Positions 39,101 through 48,600 of a DNA stretch of 64,000 nt are shown here, piece after piece. The translations under genes were made by a program, and so were the position numbers. The stretch comes from Candidatus Multivorans sp. GTDB taxonomy: Bacteria > Acidobacteriota > Thermoanaerobaculia > Multivoradales > Multivoraceae. Under the pieces are notes generated by a model that saw only the letters and a list, made by a program, of their open reading frames with translations, made no database searches and was not told the DNA's origin. How positions within the stretch are numbered: the first letter of the stretch is position 1; each line of letters starts with the position of its first letter. The stretch is taken from assembly GCA_965224025.1 (NCBI GenBank), contig OZ245033.1:2048001-2112000 (forward strand), written 5' to 3'.

Positions 39101-39650
39101 CCACATCGCGGAAGTCGGGATCGAGACCTACATGAAGATGCTGGAGAAGACGGTCGCCGAACTCCGAGGCGAGGCGCCGGCAGACACGCCGTCGGCCTCG
39201 ATCAGCCTGCCCGCGACCATGTCGATTCCGGCGGACTACATCGGCGAGATCTCCTTGCGACTCGAGATCTACCGGCGTCTGGCGGACGCCGACGAGGATC
39301 CCGACACGCTGCTTGCCGAGCTGCGTGACCGTTTCGGACCGCCGCCGGAGGCCGTGCACGCCCTAGTTCGCGGCGCGGAACTGAAGTGGATTGCCGAGTC
39401 CCTGGGTGTCCAGTCGATCGCGCACCGTAGCGATCTTCTGACGGTCAAGCTTCGCCGCGACGCGAAGGTCGATGTGGACCGTTTGATCCGCTTCGTTTCC
39501 GAGCGGGAGGGTGCCGGCTTCACTCCGGACGGGGTCTTGACGCTTGCTGAGATACCGGCCCGTGAGGCGCTCGAAATAGCGCTCCAACTCCTGCAGTTGC
39601 TGTCGGGTGAACCGCTGTCGCGGCTCGCCGGTTCGGAGACTGTCCATTGA
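36177..39650 (+). CDS. mfd: Transcription-repair coupling factor
   Basis: RGGVFDLF, VVHEDHGIG, GDVGFGKTEVA, IIDEEQRFG, QLRGRVGR, RDLEIRGAGNLLG. Confidence 0.97.
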   Translation: MSAWRELRRRVRRGRDYRELAAAERAAVVGLPVRAASVVFELLAEDRAAALLVVVPSESEVLAWTEGTRLLGRRDGARVVPFPSPALTPYQQAEASLQVRAQESVAYDVLLGASRVTVVCTPRTLFHRLAEPRAFLQSVKGVRVGEDVVLEELLTHLVARGYRRADLVAAVGAVAQRGGVFDLFAPGEPRPARLDLFGDMIESIHRFDLSTQRSEEAIDSLRIRPLTPFAAAPEQAAELALVLLEERGDDLAESARTRLHEMVEGEPFPGWEKYLPLLQPSTSLGEVMENATVVVVELDRVRREIEQHAEMLWDEYARRSDDGDIAAEPERLTVPSAQVLDLVENAALRIGGALDERAKRRTQVDFGAVETDILVDQLPRFPREVETAAARGDDLWLVARVGRHESLRQTLGGREIDWDGGGVRLVDGELARGFRLPAAGLALFGEGQLFRRRALAPRRRRMGPFVSGLGDLRVGEFVVHEDHGIGQFLGLRTLEGPPGDGPDVEGYTPRMQSRAVEVMELLYSSGRTLLLPLTRLDEIERYSGIEGLAPRLDQLGGGSWAKKKSRISRSLKAIATDLLKLYAERRLARAVPMNDDSDRQLQFEGAFSYEETPDQLEAVSTIKEDLGREQPMDRLLCGDVGFGKTEVAMRAAFKAVDNGLQVAVLAPTTILADQHLRTFRRRFQGFDFEIEMVSRFRSAAQVRKIRERLAAGEIHILIGTHRLLSRDIDMPCLGLVIIDEEQRFGVAQKERLRELKRNVHVMAMSATPVPRTLQLSLAGVRDLSLIESPPRDRMAVETRVLPFSGDLVREAIEFEVERGGQVFYVYNRVEDIEGMLRYLRELVPGLRITVGHGQMEEAELGRRMRAFTAGEYDLLLATTIIENGIDIPNVNTMLVHRADRFGLAQLYQLRGRVGRSDQLGYCYLLAPPDTVLSEEARKRLVSIREFAELGAGFRIAARDLEIRGAGNLLGAEQSGHIAEVGIETYMKMLEKTVAELRGEAPADTPSASISLPATMSIPADYIGEISLRLEIYRRLADADEDPDTLLAELRDRFGPPPEAVHALVRGAELKWIAESLGVQSIAHRSDLLTVKLRRDAKVDVDRLIRFVSEREGAGFTPDGVLTLAEIPAREALEIALQLLQLLSGEPLSRLAGSETVH

Positions 39651-40498
39651 GCGGCCGGTTGGACTCGCGTGCGATGCGGCGCTCGTGCGCCTGTCTCCTG
39701 GTCGGTGTATCCCTGGCCTGTGGCGGCGGCAGGCTGCCGGAGGGAGTGGTGGCGCGAATCGGCGACCAGGACTTTCGTTACGAGGACTTTCGCGGCTACG
39801 TGGAGGAGTCCCTGGGCGGGGACGCTTCGCGCTTCGGCAGCGCGGCGCTCTCCCGGCTCTTCGAGCGCTTCGTCGACGACCAGTTGCTCTTGCGGTTGGC
39901 CCGGGATCGGGCGCTCGTGGACGGGGAAGCTACGGTCCACCAGGCCGCGATGCGGTTGCTCGAGGCGTCGACGCCGGTCGTGTCGTTGTCGGAAATCGAG
40001 CGTTACTACGCCGAACACCGGAGCGATTTCGCGCGGCCGCCACGGGTGCGGCTGCGTCAGATCCTGGCCCAGGATCGAACCGCCGCCGAGCTGGCGCTGG
40101 CAGAGCTCGAAGCGGGCGTGGACTTCGGGGAGGTGGCGCGCCTGCGTTCCATTGGCCCCAGCGCGTCAGCCGGCGGTCTCCAGGGCGAACTGTCGCGCGA
40201 GGATCTTCCCCCGGCGCTCGCCGACGTCGTCTTCGAGCTTGGCGAAGGAGAATGGAGCGAGCTGTTAGAGGCCGACTACGGCTTTCGCATCTTCGAGGTC
40301 GAGCGTCTCTTGCCGGAAGAAACCCTGACGCTCGCGGAGGCGGCGCCTTCCATCAGGACTCTGCTGGAGGAGGCGCGAAGCGAAGAGCTCGTCCGAGCCG
40401 CCGCGGCGGAAGCCCGGCACGAGTACAATCTGCGGGTCGCGGTGGAGCGGTTGCCCTTCGAGTACCACGGCGCGCTCGCGGATCCGGCCGCAGAATGA
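39647..40498 (+). CDS. PpiC-type peptidyl-prolyl isomerase lipoprotein
   Basis: Lipobox SLAC, VRLRQIL, DFGEVARLRS, GGLQG, YGFRIF. Confidence 0.8.
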   Translation: MSGRLDSRAMRRSCACLLVGVSLACGGGRLPEGVVARIGDQDFRYEDFRGYVEESLGGDASRFGSAALSRLFERFVDDQLLLRLARDRALVDGEATVHQAAMRLLEASTPVVSLSEIERYYAEHRSDFARPPRVRLRQILAQDRTAAELALAELEAGVDFGEVARLRSIGPSASAGGLQGELSREDLPPALADVVFELGEGEWSELLEADYGFRIFEVERLLPEETLTLAEAAPSIRTLLEEARSEELVRAAAAEARHEYNLRVAVERLPFEYHGALADPAAE

Positions 40499-40509
40499 GG
40501 TAGGAGAAT

Positions 40510-41682
40510 ATGACTCAACGCAGCCTTGGCCCCGCGTCCGGCAGTTCGTGGTTTGCCGGGCGCCGTATCGCCGGTTCACTCGCCGGCTTGTTGGCGACGC
40601 TGCTGGCGATGGCAGCCCTCCCCCTGGCCGGTCAGTCATCGCCCGGCTCGGCAAACCGGGTCGTGCTGCGGGTCAACGATCGCATCGCGACGCTCTACGA
40701 CTACCAGAGGGCGGTGGCTGAGGAGGTCGGCATGATCCGCGGCGCTCGCGGACTGACCGAGCCGGAGCGGCAGGAGCGGGTCGCCGACGCCGGCCGCTTC
40801 GTCATGAAGGCACTGTTCGAGGAACTGCTGCTCATGTCGCGGGCGGACCAGTTGGCAGTCGTTGTCGACGAGAGCGAAGTCGAGGACCAAATCCGTTCCA
40901 TCAGGGAGCGATCCGGGCTCGAGAACGAGGAGCAGTTCCGTCAGGCTCTGGCGCAACAGGGCATGCGGGAGGAGGACTTGCGGCGGCAAACCCACAAGCT
41001 GTTGCGGTCCAACGTCGTCCGGGGCCGGGAGGTGGCGCCCCGGGTGGTGGTCGAAGATGAAGACATGCGACGGTTCTACCGCGACAACGAGGAGCGTTTC
41101 CGCATTCCAGAGCGGGCTCGCTTCGAGGAGGTCGTGGTTCTGGAGGGCGTGGTTCCGGCCGACCGCATGGCGCCGCTGGCGGCACTGGCCCGTACCCGGT
41201 TGATGGCCGGCGGCACGGCCTCCGAAGTGGCGGAAGGGCTTGGCGAAGGGGTCACGTCCGTCGATGTCGGATGGGTCACTCCCGGCGACCTGGCGCCCGC
41301 TCTCGATGCCGTCGCCTGGGATCTTGAGGTCGACGGCGTCAGCGAGGCGATCGCCGCCCGCGGCGGTCTGCACGTTCTGAAGATGCTGGAGCGAACGCCG
41401 GCGACGGTCCGGCCGTTCGAGGAGGTCCGCGACGCGATCCAGCAGGAGGAGCGGAACCGGCTGTTCTCCGAAGAGTACGACCTCTACCTGAGCGAACTCG
41501 CGGACGCCGCCTACATTGTCGAGCGGCTGCCGGAGGGGGCCGAGGGATATCGGCCGGTCGAGTCCCCTTCGCTCGACGCCGACGCGCTGGGGCTACTCGC
41601 CCCGTTCGGTCCCGGCGCCCAGGCGCCCGACGTCGACGAGTCCTCCAGCGAAACAGCTGAGGAGACCGACGGGCAACCCTGA
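40510..41682 (+). CDS. SurA-like chaperone/PPIase
   Basis: RVVLRVNDRI SurA N-domain; DVGWV..VSEAI..GLHVLK rotamase domain. Confidence 0.8.
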   Translation: MTQRSLGPASGSSWFAGRRIAGSLAGLLATLLAMAALPLAGQSSPGSANRVVLRVNDRIATLYDYQRAVAEEVGMIRGARGLTEPERQERVADAGRFVMKALFEELLLMSRADQLAVVVDESEVEDQIRSIRERSGLENEEQFRQALAQQGMREEDLRRQTHKLLRSNVVRGREVAPRVVVEDEDMRRFYRDNEERFRIPERARFEEVVVLEGVVPADRMAPLAALARTRLMAGGTASEVAEGLGEGVTSVDVGWVTPGDLAPALDAVAWDLEVDGVSEAIAARGGLHVLKMLERTPATVRPFEEVRDAIQQEERNRLFSEEYDLYLSELADAAYIVERLPEGAEGYRPVESPSLDADALGLLAPFGPGAQAPDVDESSSETAEETDGQP

Positions 41683-41818
41683 CGCTCGGCCGGTCTGGTC
41701 CCCGGCCGGTCGTTGCGGGTCTTCGCCACCCGGGTTTCATCCCTGCGCCTGAGGACTGGCGCATGGAGTGGGTCGCGGGTGGCACGGGATCGCGCCACCC
41801 GGGTTCCTCGGTCCTCGG

Positions 41819-41863
41819 GTGGAGCAAAGTGGTCTGAAGTAGACATTAATGGCCCATGAGTGG
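41819..41863 (+). promoter_or_regulatory. MraZ-binding DCW boxes
   Basis: GTGG/GTGG/GTAG/ATGG/GTGG at 41819, 41829, 41839, 41849 and 41860 (about 10-bp periodicity), upstream of mraZ. Confidence 0.7.
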
Positions 41864-41929
41864 TAACGTCGCCCGCCTGAGCGTCAGTTTGTGGGTACTA
41901 CGCCCACCTTACCCTTCTGGGCGTGAGCG

Positions 41930-42403
41930 ATGTTTCGAGGGCATGCAGAAGCAAAGATCGACGCGAAGGGCCGCCTGAAGGTCCCGAGCGTGTTCCTGCG
42001 CCCTCTGCAGGAGCGTTTCGGTCCCGACATCTTCACCACTTCGCTGAACGGCGAGTGCGCCTGGATCTACCCCCTGCGGATCTGGGAGCAGGAGGAACAG
42101 CGAATGGCCGCCCTGCCGGCCACCCACAGGCTGCGCCGCAAGTGGGAGGCCCGGGTCAGCTACTTCGGTCACCAGAGCCGTCTCGATTCGCAGGGGCGGC
42201 TGATGGTCCCGGCGAAGCTGCGAGGACACGCGGGCATCGAGGGCGAGGTCGTCGTTTTCGGTCGCCCGGACCGCCTTGAGGTCTGGAACCTCGAGCGAAT
42301 GGAGAACGACCTGAACACGGATCCCTTCACGGACGACGAGTTGGACGAACTGACCGACGATATCGAGGCGCTGGATGCGTCTGGCAACAGGGATGCCCAG
42401 TGA
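41930..42403 (+). CDS. mraZ: Transcriptional regulator MraZ
   Basis: MFRG..IDAKGRL..P and LDSQGRLMVP. Confidence 0.95.
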   Translation: MFRGHAEAKIDAKGRLKVPSVFLRPLQERFGPDIFTTSLNGECAWIYPLRIWEQEEQRMAALPATHRLRRKWEARVSYFGHQSRLDSQGRLMVPAKLRGHAGIEGEVVVFGRPDRLEVWNLERMENDLNTDPFTDDELDELTDDIEALDASGNRDAQ

Positions 42404-43379
42404 TGCGCACGGCGACGGTGAGAAACTCCGGCACCAGCCCGTCCTGGTCTGCGAAGTCCTGCGGTTCCTTGCTCCGGAACGCGGCGGTTGGTTCGTCGAC
42501 TGCACGGTCGGCCTGGGCGGTCATGCCGCGGAACTCCTTGGGCGCTTTCCCGGCGCGCGGGTGCTCGGCATCGACCGCGACGAAGAAGCCCTGGACCACG
42601 CCCGGCGCAGGCTGCGCGAGTTCGGTTCGCGGGTCCTCCTGGTGCGCGGCAACTTCCATTCGATCGACGAAGTCGTGGCTGAGGCGGGCAGCGGGAAACC
42701 GGCGGGAATCCTCGCCGATCTCGGCGTTTCGTCGCTGCAACTGGACCAGGCGGAGCGGGGCTTCAGTTTCAGGCGCTCGGGCCCGCTCGACATGCGCATG
42801 GATCAATCGACTCGATCCGCAACAACGACTGCGAGGGACATCGTGAACCTGGAATCCCAGAGCGTGTTGGAGACCTTGCTCCGCGACTACGGCGAGGAGC
42901 GTCAAGCCCGCGGGATCGCCCGGGCGATCGTGGAGCGTCGTCGCCGCGGGCCGATCGAGACCACCGACGATCTGCGCGAGCTGGTTCACGAGACGGTCGG
43001 GACGTCCAGGATGAGGCGGGGCCGCGCGGTGCCGGGAAGCCGGTCGATCGATGCCGCGACAAGGACGTTCCAGGCACTTCGCATCGCGGTCAACGAAGAG
43101 TTGTCCGGATTGGGGCCGGCCCTCGAACGAGCGGTGAATTTGCTTGAGCGGGACGGCCGGCTGGTCGTCATCTCGTACCACAGCCTGGAAGACCGGATCG
43201 TCAAGCACCGGCTCCGCGCCAGTGCTCTGGGCGAGGTCGATCCGATCACCGGGCGCCCGCGCGCCGAAACGCGGCTGATCGAACTGATGACCAAGAAGCC
43301 GATCCGACCGCAGCCGAGCGAGGTGGAGTACAACCCGCGGTCACGATCCGCCCGGTTACGCGCGGCCCGGAGGCTCTAG
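42393..43379 (+). CDS. rsmH: 16S rRNA C1402 methyltransferase
   Basis: HQPVL, DCTVGLGGH, DLGVSSLQLD, FQALRIAVN, SYHSLEDR, NPRSRSA. Confidence 0.96.
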   Translation: MPSDAHGDGEKLRHQPVLVCEVLRFLAPERGGWFVDCTVGLGGHAAELLGRFPGARVLGIDRDEEALDHARRRLREFGSRVLLVRGNFHSIDEVVAEAGSGKPAGILADLGVSSLQLDQAERGFSFRRSGPLDMRMDQSTRSATTTARDIVNLESQSVLETLLRDYGEERQARGIARAIVERRRRGPIETTDDLRELVHETVGTSRMRRGRAVPGSRSIDAATRTFQALRIAVNEELSGLGPALERAVNLLERDGRLVVISYHSLEDRIVKHRLRASALGEVDPITGRPRAETRLIELMTKKPIRPQPSEVEYNPRSRSARLRAARRL

Positions 43380-43402
43380 CGACAGAGACGGGTTCGTGAA
43401 CT

Positions 43403-43789
43403 GTGAAGACCGGTTACAGCGTCAGCAAGGAGATCGCGAATCCCTTCCTCGTGCGCCAGCGGGATCCGGGCCGGCTTCGCGGCCTGTGGCGGCTGGTGGC
43501 GATCGTCCTGCCGTTCGCCGCCGCCGTGTTCGCGTACACCTGGGTACACGAACAGGGCCTGGAGGCGGGCTATCGGATCGAGCAGCTCGAACGGCGCCTG
43601 GAGGACCTGCTGCAGGAAGAGCGCCTGCTCGAGTTGGAAGCCACGCGGCTCACGCGGCCTGAGCGACTGCGGGCGATGGCGCTGGAACAACTCGGTATGG
43701 CGCCTCCGACGCTGGATCAGATGATCTTTCTGAATTCGGAGAGCGCGTCGCTGGTCCAGGCCGGCATCGCGACCGGGGCCGCGCGGTGA
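43403..43789 (+). CDS. ftsL: Cell division protein FtsL
   Basis: TM helix + leucine coiled coil, located between rsmH and ftsI. Confidence 0.85.
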   Translation: MKTGYSVSKEIANPFLVRQRDPGRLRGLWRLVAIVLPFAAAVFAYTWVHEQGLEAGYRIEQLERRLEDLLQEERLLELEATRLTRPERLRAMALEQLGMAPPTLDQMIFLNSESASLVQAGIATGAAR

Positions 43790-45621
43790 ACGCCCTCGGA
43801 CCCCGCGCCCGGGGCGCCCGGCGCCGTCACGTCGGAAGGCTGACGATCCTCGTCACGGTCGCCGGCATCTGGATGGGCGCGATCGGTTGGCGGCTTTTCG
43901 ATCTGCAGATTCGCGGCGCCGACTCATACCGCGAGCGCGCGGCGCGGCAGCAGCGCAGCGAAGTCGTCCTGAACCCCAAGCGCGGGACGATCTACGACTC
44001 GCGCGGCAGAACCATGGCGGTGTCGGTCGAGACCCGAACGCTCTATGCCGAAACCGCCAAGGTGGACGATCCGGCGGCGCTGGCCGCCTACATTGGCCCG
44101 TTGGTGGGCCGCGCCGAGGGACGGATCGAGGCGCTGCTGCAGAAGCCCGGGCACATGCCGCTGGCGCGGAAGCTCGACCGCGACCTGGCCGACGGCATCG
44201 ACCTGTCGGCCTTTCCGGGCCTCTACTTTCTGACCGAGAGCAAGCGCGAGTACCCGATGGGATCGCTGATGGCTCATGTGCTTGGCTTCGTCGGCACGGA
44301 CCGCAGCCTCGCGGGCATCGAACTCCGGTACGACGACGAGGTCGCGGGTGAGTCGGTCAGGAGACACGTGCTCCGAGATGGCCAGCAGCGGTTGGTCGTC
44401 GTCGCCGGTTCCCTGGGCGAACCGAAGCCGGGGGCGGACCTCCACCTGACCATCGACGCGACCATCCAGCACCTGGCTGAGCGCGCCCTGCGGGAGACGA
44501 TCGAGTGGTCGAAGGCAAAGGCCGGCAACGTGGTAATTCTGGCGCCGGAGGATTCGGCGGTGCTGGCGATGGCCTCCTATCCGGCCTTCGACCCGAACCA
44601 ATTCGGCGACTTCGGTCCCGATGAGCGCCGGAACAGGGCACTGCAGGACTCCTATGAGCCTGGCTCGACGTTCAAGACGATCACGGTGGCGGGGGCGTTC
44701 GAGCGGCAGGTGGTCCACGCCGACCAGATCATGGACTGCGGCAATGGACGGATTCGCGTCGGCAAGGCGCGGATCAACGACCACAAGCCCTTTCCCGAAC
44801 TCACTTTCCGCACGGCGATCGCCAAGTCGAGCAACGTCTGCGCGGTCAAGGCCGGGCTTCTGGCCGGTGAGCAGACGATGCAGGACCTCGTGTCGGCCTT
44901 CGGGTTCGGCGCCGCTACCGGAATCGACATTGGCGGGGAACACCCGGGCATCGTGCCGCTCCGGGTCTGGGATCGTGAGACGACGGCCTATGCTTCGTTT
45001 GGCCACGGTCTGGCCGTGACGCCCTTGCAACTCGCGAACGCCTACGCCTCGGTTGCCAACGGGGGGGTGTGGAACCAGCCGTACATCGTGAGTGCCCTGG
45101 AGCGCGAAGGCGAGATCGTCGACGTGCGTCCCACGGATCGCAGCCGGCGCGTGATCTCGAAGTCGACCGCGTACCAGGTCATCCGCCTGCTCGAGGAAGT
45201 CGTTGTGAGCGGCACCGGCCGGAAGGCCGCCATCGCCGGCTACCGGGTAGCCGGCAAGACGGGGACGGCGGAGAAGTCGGACTCGGGGGGCTACTCGGAG
45301 ACCGGTCGCGTCGCCGGTTTCGTGGGTATCGCTCCCGCGCGGGCGCCCCGGTTGGTCTGTCTGGTGATGATCGACGAGCCGACCGTCGCCACCGGTGGCG
45401 GTGAAGTCGCGGCGCCGGCCTTCCAGCGCATCGTCAGCGAAGCGTTGTTCTACCTCGGTGCAACGCCCTCGCGCCAGCCGATGGGCTGGAGCCAACCGGT
45501 GTGGTTGCGGCCGGCCGAGCCGGCGGAGGTCAAGGTCGCCAACGCGGTCGACGAAGAGGAAGTGAAGCAGGAGGACACGGGGACGGAAGGCGAGCCGTGG
45601 ACGGCAAAGGCTTCGAGTTGA
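43786..45621 (+). CDS. ftsI: Class B penicillin-binding protein (PBP3)
   Basis: RGTIYD, EPGSTFK, SSN, KTGTA. Confidence 0.93.
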   Translation: MNALGPRARGARRRHVGRLTILVTVAGIWMGAIGWRLFDLQIRGADSYRERAARQQRSEVVLNPKRGTIYDSRGRTMAVSVETRTLYAETAKVDDPAALAAYIGPLVGRAEGRIEALLQKPGHMPLARKLDRDLADGIDLSAFPGLYFLTESKREYPMGSLMAHVLGFVGTDRSLAGIELRYDDEVAGESVRRHVLRDGQQRLVVVAGSLGEPKPGADLHLTIDATIQHLAERALRETIEWSKAKAGNVVILAPEDSAVLAMASYPAFDPNQFGDFGPDERRNRALQDSYEPGSTFKTITVAGAFERQVVHADQIMDCGNGRIRVGKARINDHKPFPELTFRTAIAKSSNVCAVKAGLLAGEQTMQDLVSAFGFGAATGIDIGGEHPGIVPLRVWDRETTAYASFGHGLAVTPLQLANAYASVANGGVWNQPYIVSALEREGEIVDVRPTDRSRRVISKSTAYQVIRLLEEVVVSGTGRKAAIAGYRVAGKTGTAEKSDSGGYSETGRVAGFVGIAPARAPRLVCLVMIDEPTVATGGGEVAAPAFQRIVSEALFYLGATPSRQPMGWSQPVWLRPAEPAEVKVANAVDEEEVKQEDTGTEGEPWTAKASS

Positions 45622-47168
45622 TGAGACTCGGCGACGCGATCGCCGACCTGCCGCTGAGGTCACCGCTGGGCCTTGCCGCCGCCGAGACGGAAGTCACGGG
45701 CGTACAGCACGACTCCCGCCGGGTTGTGAGCGGAGACCTGTTCGTCGCCTGGCGAGGCGACCTTCACGACGGCCGTGTCTTCGCTCCGGACGCCGTGGCG
45801 CGGGGCGCCGCGGCGGTACTCGCGTTCGGCCCGCCGCCTGCTCCTCCCGCCGTACCGTGGCTGGTGGTCAACGATCCACGTGCCCGCATGGGGCGGGTGG
45901 CCGCGAGGCTCTACGGCCACCCGGAACGGGAGCTGCTGACCGTCGGCGTCACCGGCACCAACGGCAAGAGCACGACCTCCCAGTTGATCGGCGCCTGCTT
46001 GACCCGGTCGGGTCGTTCCGCCGCGGTGGTCGGAACCCTGGGCCGCACGGTCCATCGGCCGGGTTCCGAGCCCGCAGCTTTCGAGCCCCTGAGCCGGGCG
46101 GCGGAGGACCGCACGACGCCGGAGAGCAGCGACCTGTTCAGGATGCTGCGCCGGGCCGTGGACCTGGGCGCCCGGTCGGCGGCGATCGAGGTCTCGTCCC
46201 ATGCCCTCGACCAGGGCCGCATGAACGGCATGGGGTTCGACGCCGCGGTGTTCACGAACCTGACCAGAGACCATCTCGACTACCACGCATCGCTCGAGAC
46301 CTACTTCGCGGCCAAGCGCCGCCTGTTCTCCTTGCTCCGGCCTGGGGGCGCGGCGGTACTCAACGTCGACGACGAGTACGGCCGTCGTCTGGCGCCCATG
46401 ATCGGGACTGGCGGCGGGGTCGTGCGGTTCAGCGCCTCTGGACGTTCGGAAGCCGACGTGCGAGTGGTCCGCGCCGAACTCGATCTTGCCGGGATTCGCG
46501 CCGAGGTCGAGACGCCCGCGGGCCTCATCGCGTTGAACAGCCCGCTTCTCGGCCGGTTCAACGTCGAGAACCTGGCCGCGGCAGTGGCGGCGGCTCAGGC
46601 CCTCGGCGTCTCCGTCGAGGCCATTCGTGACGCGGTAGCGGACCAAGCGCCCCTTTCCGGCCGGCTTGAGTCGGTGGATCGCGGTCAGGAGTTCCCGGTA
46701 CTGGTCGACTACGCCCACACGGACGGGGGGCTGCGCGCCGCCCTGGCGGCGGTGCGCGAACTGAGCGACCGGCGGATTGCCGTCGTGTTCGGCTGCGGCG
46801 GTGACCGCGATCGCGGCAAGCGGGAGCTGATGGGGCGCGCGGCGGGAGAACTGGCGGATCTCGCGATCGTCACCGACGACAACCCGCGGAGCGAGGAACC
46901 GGGGCTGATTCATGCCGCGATCGTCGCCGGCCTCGAGGCCGCTCGGGGATGTGCCTGGGAAGTCGTTGCGGATCGGCGCGCGGCGATTCGGCGGGCCGTG
47001 TCGGTAGCGGCCGCGGCGCCCGGGTGGACGGTGCTGATCGCGGGCAAGGGCCACGAGGCGACGCAGACGACTGGCGACCTGAAGGCGCCCTTTCGTGACC
47101 GGGACGAAGCGGAGTCGGCCATAAGCGCACTGAACGGGGAGCGGGGCGGTGAGACGGCCCCTTGCTGA
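45621..47168 (+). CDS. murE: UDP-MurNAc-tripeptide ligase (meso-DAP type)
   Basis: GTNGKST, EVSSH, DYAHT, DDNPR, AGKGHE. Confidence 0.95.
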   Translation: MRLGDAIADLPLRSPLGLAAAETEVTGVQHDSRRVVSGDLFVAWRGDLHDGRVFAPDAVARGAAAVLAFGPPPAPPAVPWLVVNDPRARMGRVAARLYGHPERELLTVGVTGTNGKSTTSQLIGACLTRSGRSAAVVGTLGRTVHRPGSEPAAFEPLSRAAEDRTTPESSDLFRMLRRAVDLGARSAAIEVSSHALDQGRMNGMGFDAAVFTNLTRDHLDYHASLETYFAAKRRLFSLLRPGGAAVLNVDDEYGRRLAPMIGTGGGVVRFSASGRSEADVRVVRAELDLAGIRAEVETPAGLIALNSPLLGRFNVENLAAAVAAAQALGVSVEAIRDAVADQAPLSGRLESVDRGQEFPVLVDYAHTDGGLRAALAAVRELSDRRIAVVFGCGGDRDRGKRELMGRAAGELADLAIVTDDNPRSEEPGLIHAAIVAGLEAARGCAWEVVADRRAAIRRAVSVAAAAPGWTVLIAGKGHEATQTTGDLKAPFRDRDEAESAISALNGERGGETAPC

Positions 47169-48600
47169 TGCGGTCAGGATCATGAACGGCTGCCTGATCG
47201 GAGAGGTTGAACCCGGCGCCTGTTACCGGGGCGCGGCGATCGACTCGCGCCGGGTCGAGGGCGGCGAACTGTTCTTCGCGCTGCCCGGTGAGCGGACCGA
47301 CGGCCACCGCTTCGTGGCCAACGCCCTGGCCGCGGGCGCCGCGGCGTCGGTGGTGGCTGCGCCGGTCGACCAGGCGGGGGGGCCCCAGATCGGGGTCGAC
47401 GACGTGACCGCGGCGCTCCACGATCTGACCCGGGACCATCGCCGGAAGCTCAAGGCCCGGGTCGCGTCGGTCACCGGCTCGGCCGGCAAGACGACGACCA
47501 AGGACTTGCTGGCCCTGTTGCTCGGCGAGTGCTGGCGGATTCACAAGAGTCCGGGCAATCTGAACAACCTTCTTGGCTTCCCGCTCACGCTGCTTGCCGT
47601 GGAGGAGGACTGCGAGTGGCTGGTGGCCGAGATGGGGATGTCGGTTCCCGGCGAGCTGGCCGCGGTCAGCCGGCTCGGCCGGCCGGACGTTGCGGTGTTC
47701 ACGAACGTACGGCCGGCACACCTCGCCGGCTTCGAGCAGGAGAGTGGCGTTGCCGCGGGCGTGGAGGCGATTGCGCGGGCCAAGGCGGAGCTGCTCGAGG
47801 GGCTGGCGGACGACGGGTTGGTCGTCGCGAACGCCGGCAGCCCCCACGTGGTGGGCCTCGTTGAGCGATACCTAGCCGAACGTCCGGAAAGCGGCCGCGC
47901 CGCCGCGGCCGAGCGCGTCGTGTGGTACGAGGTGGCGCCCGCGGCCGGAAAGACCCCCGTCGCCGAGGTCACGGCGCGTGACCTCGAGCCGCTGGTGGGA
48001 GGACCGGGAACGCGTTTCGTGCTCGACCGGGGCGGCGCCGAAGCACTCGTCGAACTGCCCCTGCACGGTCGGGTCAACGTCGAGAACTTCCTCGCCGCTG
48101 CTGCCTGTGCCCTTCGCCTCGGCGTTCCGATCGAGCGCGTGGCCGCGGCCGCGCGGCGGCCGACGTCCGCGGCCGGGCGCGGCGAGGTGGTTGCCCTGTC
48201 TTCGGGCGCCACCCTGGTGGACGACTCGTACAACTCGAATCCGGAAGCCGCACTGCTTGCGCTTCAGGCGGCGCGCGGGCTCGACGGCCGGCGCCACGTG
48301 GCGATCCTGGGGGAGATGCTCGAACTCGGGAGCGCCGAGCGCCGTTACCACCGGGAACTGGGCAGCGCCGCCGCCGATCTGGGATTCGACCTGGTCGTGG
48401 GCGTCGGCGGGTTGACGACCGACCTGGTGGCGGCCGCGGTCGAGGGCGGCGCACGGACCGTCTGGTTCGAGGACTCACTCGCCGCGAGCGCCGGCACGCC
48501 GGCCCTGATCAGGAACCGCGACGTCGTGCTCGTCAAGGGTTCGCGCGGCTCGGCGCTCGAGCACGTGGTCGCGGCGCTGAGGCGGGAGGGGGCGAACTGA
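47149..48600 (+). CDS. murF: UDP-MurNAc-pentapeptide ligase
   Basis: GSAGKTTTK, EMGM, DDSYNSNP, VKGSRG. Confidence 0.95.
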   Translation: MRRPLADAVRIMNGCLIGEVEPGACYRGAAIDSRRVEGGELFFALPGERTDGHRFVANALAAGAAASVVAAPVDQAGGPQIGVDDVTAALHDLTRDHRRKLKARVASVTGSAGKTTTKDLLALLLGECWRIHKSPGNLNNLLGFPLTLLAVEEDCEWLVAEMGMSVPGELAAVSRLGRPDVAVFTNVRPAHLAGFEQESGVAAGVEAIARAKAELLEGLADDGLVVANAGSPHVVGLVERYLAERPESGRAAAAERVVWYEVAPAAGKTPVAEVTARDLEPLVGGPGTRFVLDRGGAEALVELPLHGRVNVENFLAAAACALRLGVPIERVAAAARRPTSAAGRGEVVALSSGATLVDDSYNSNPEAALLALQAARGLDGRRHVAILGEMLELGSAERRYHRELGSAAADLGFDLVVGVGGLTTDLVAAAVEGGARTVWFEDSLAASAGTPALIRNRDVVLVKGSRGSALEHVVAALRREGAN

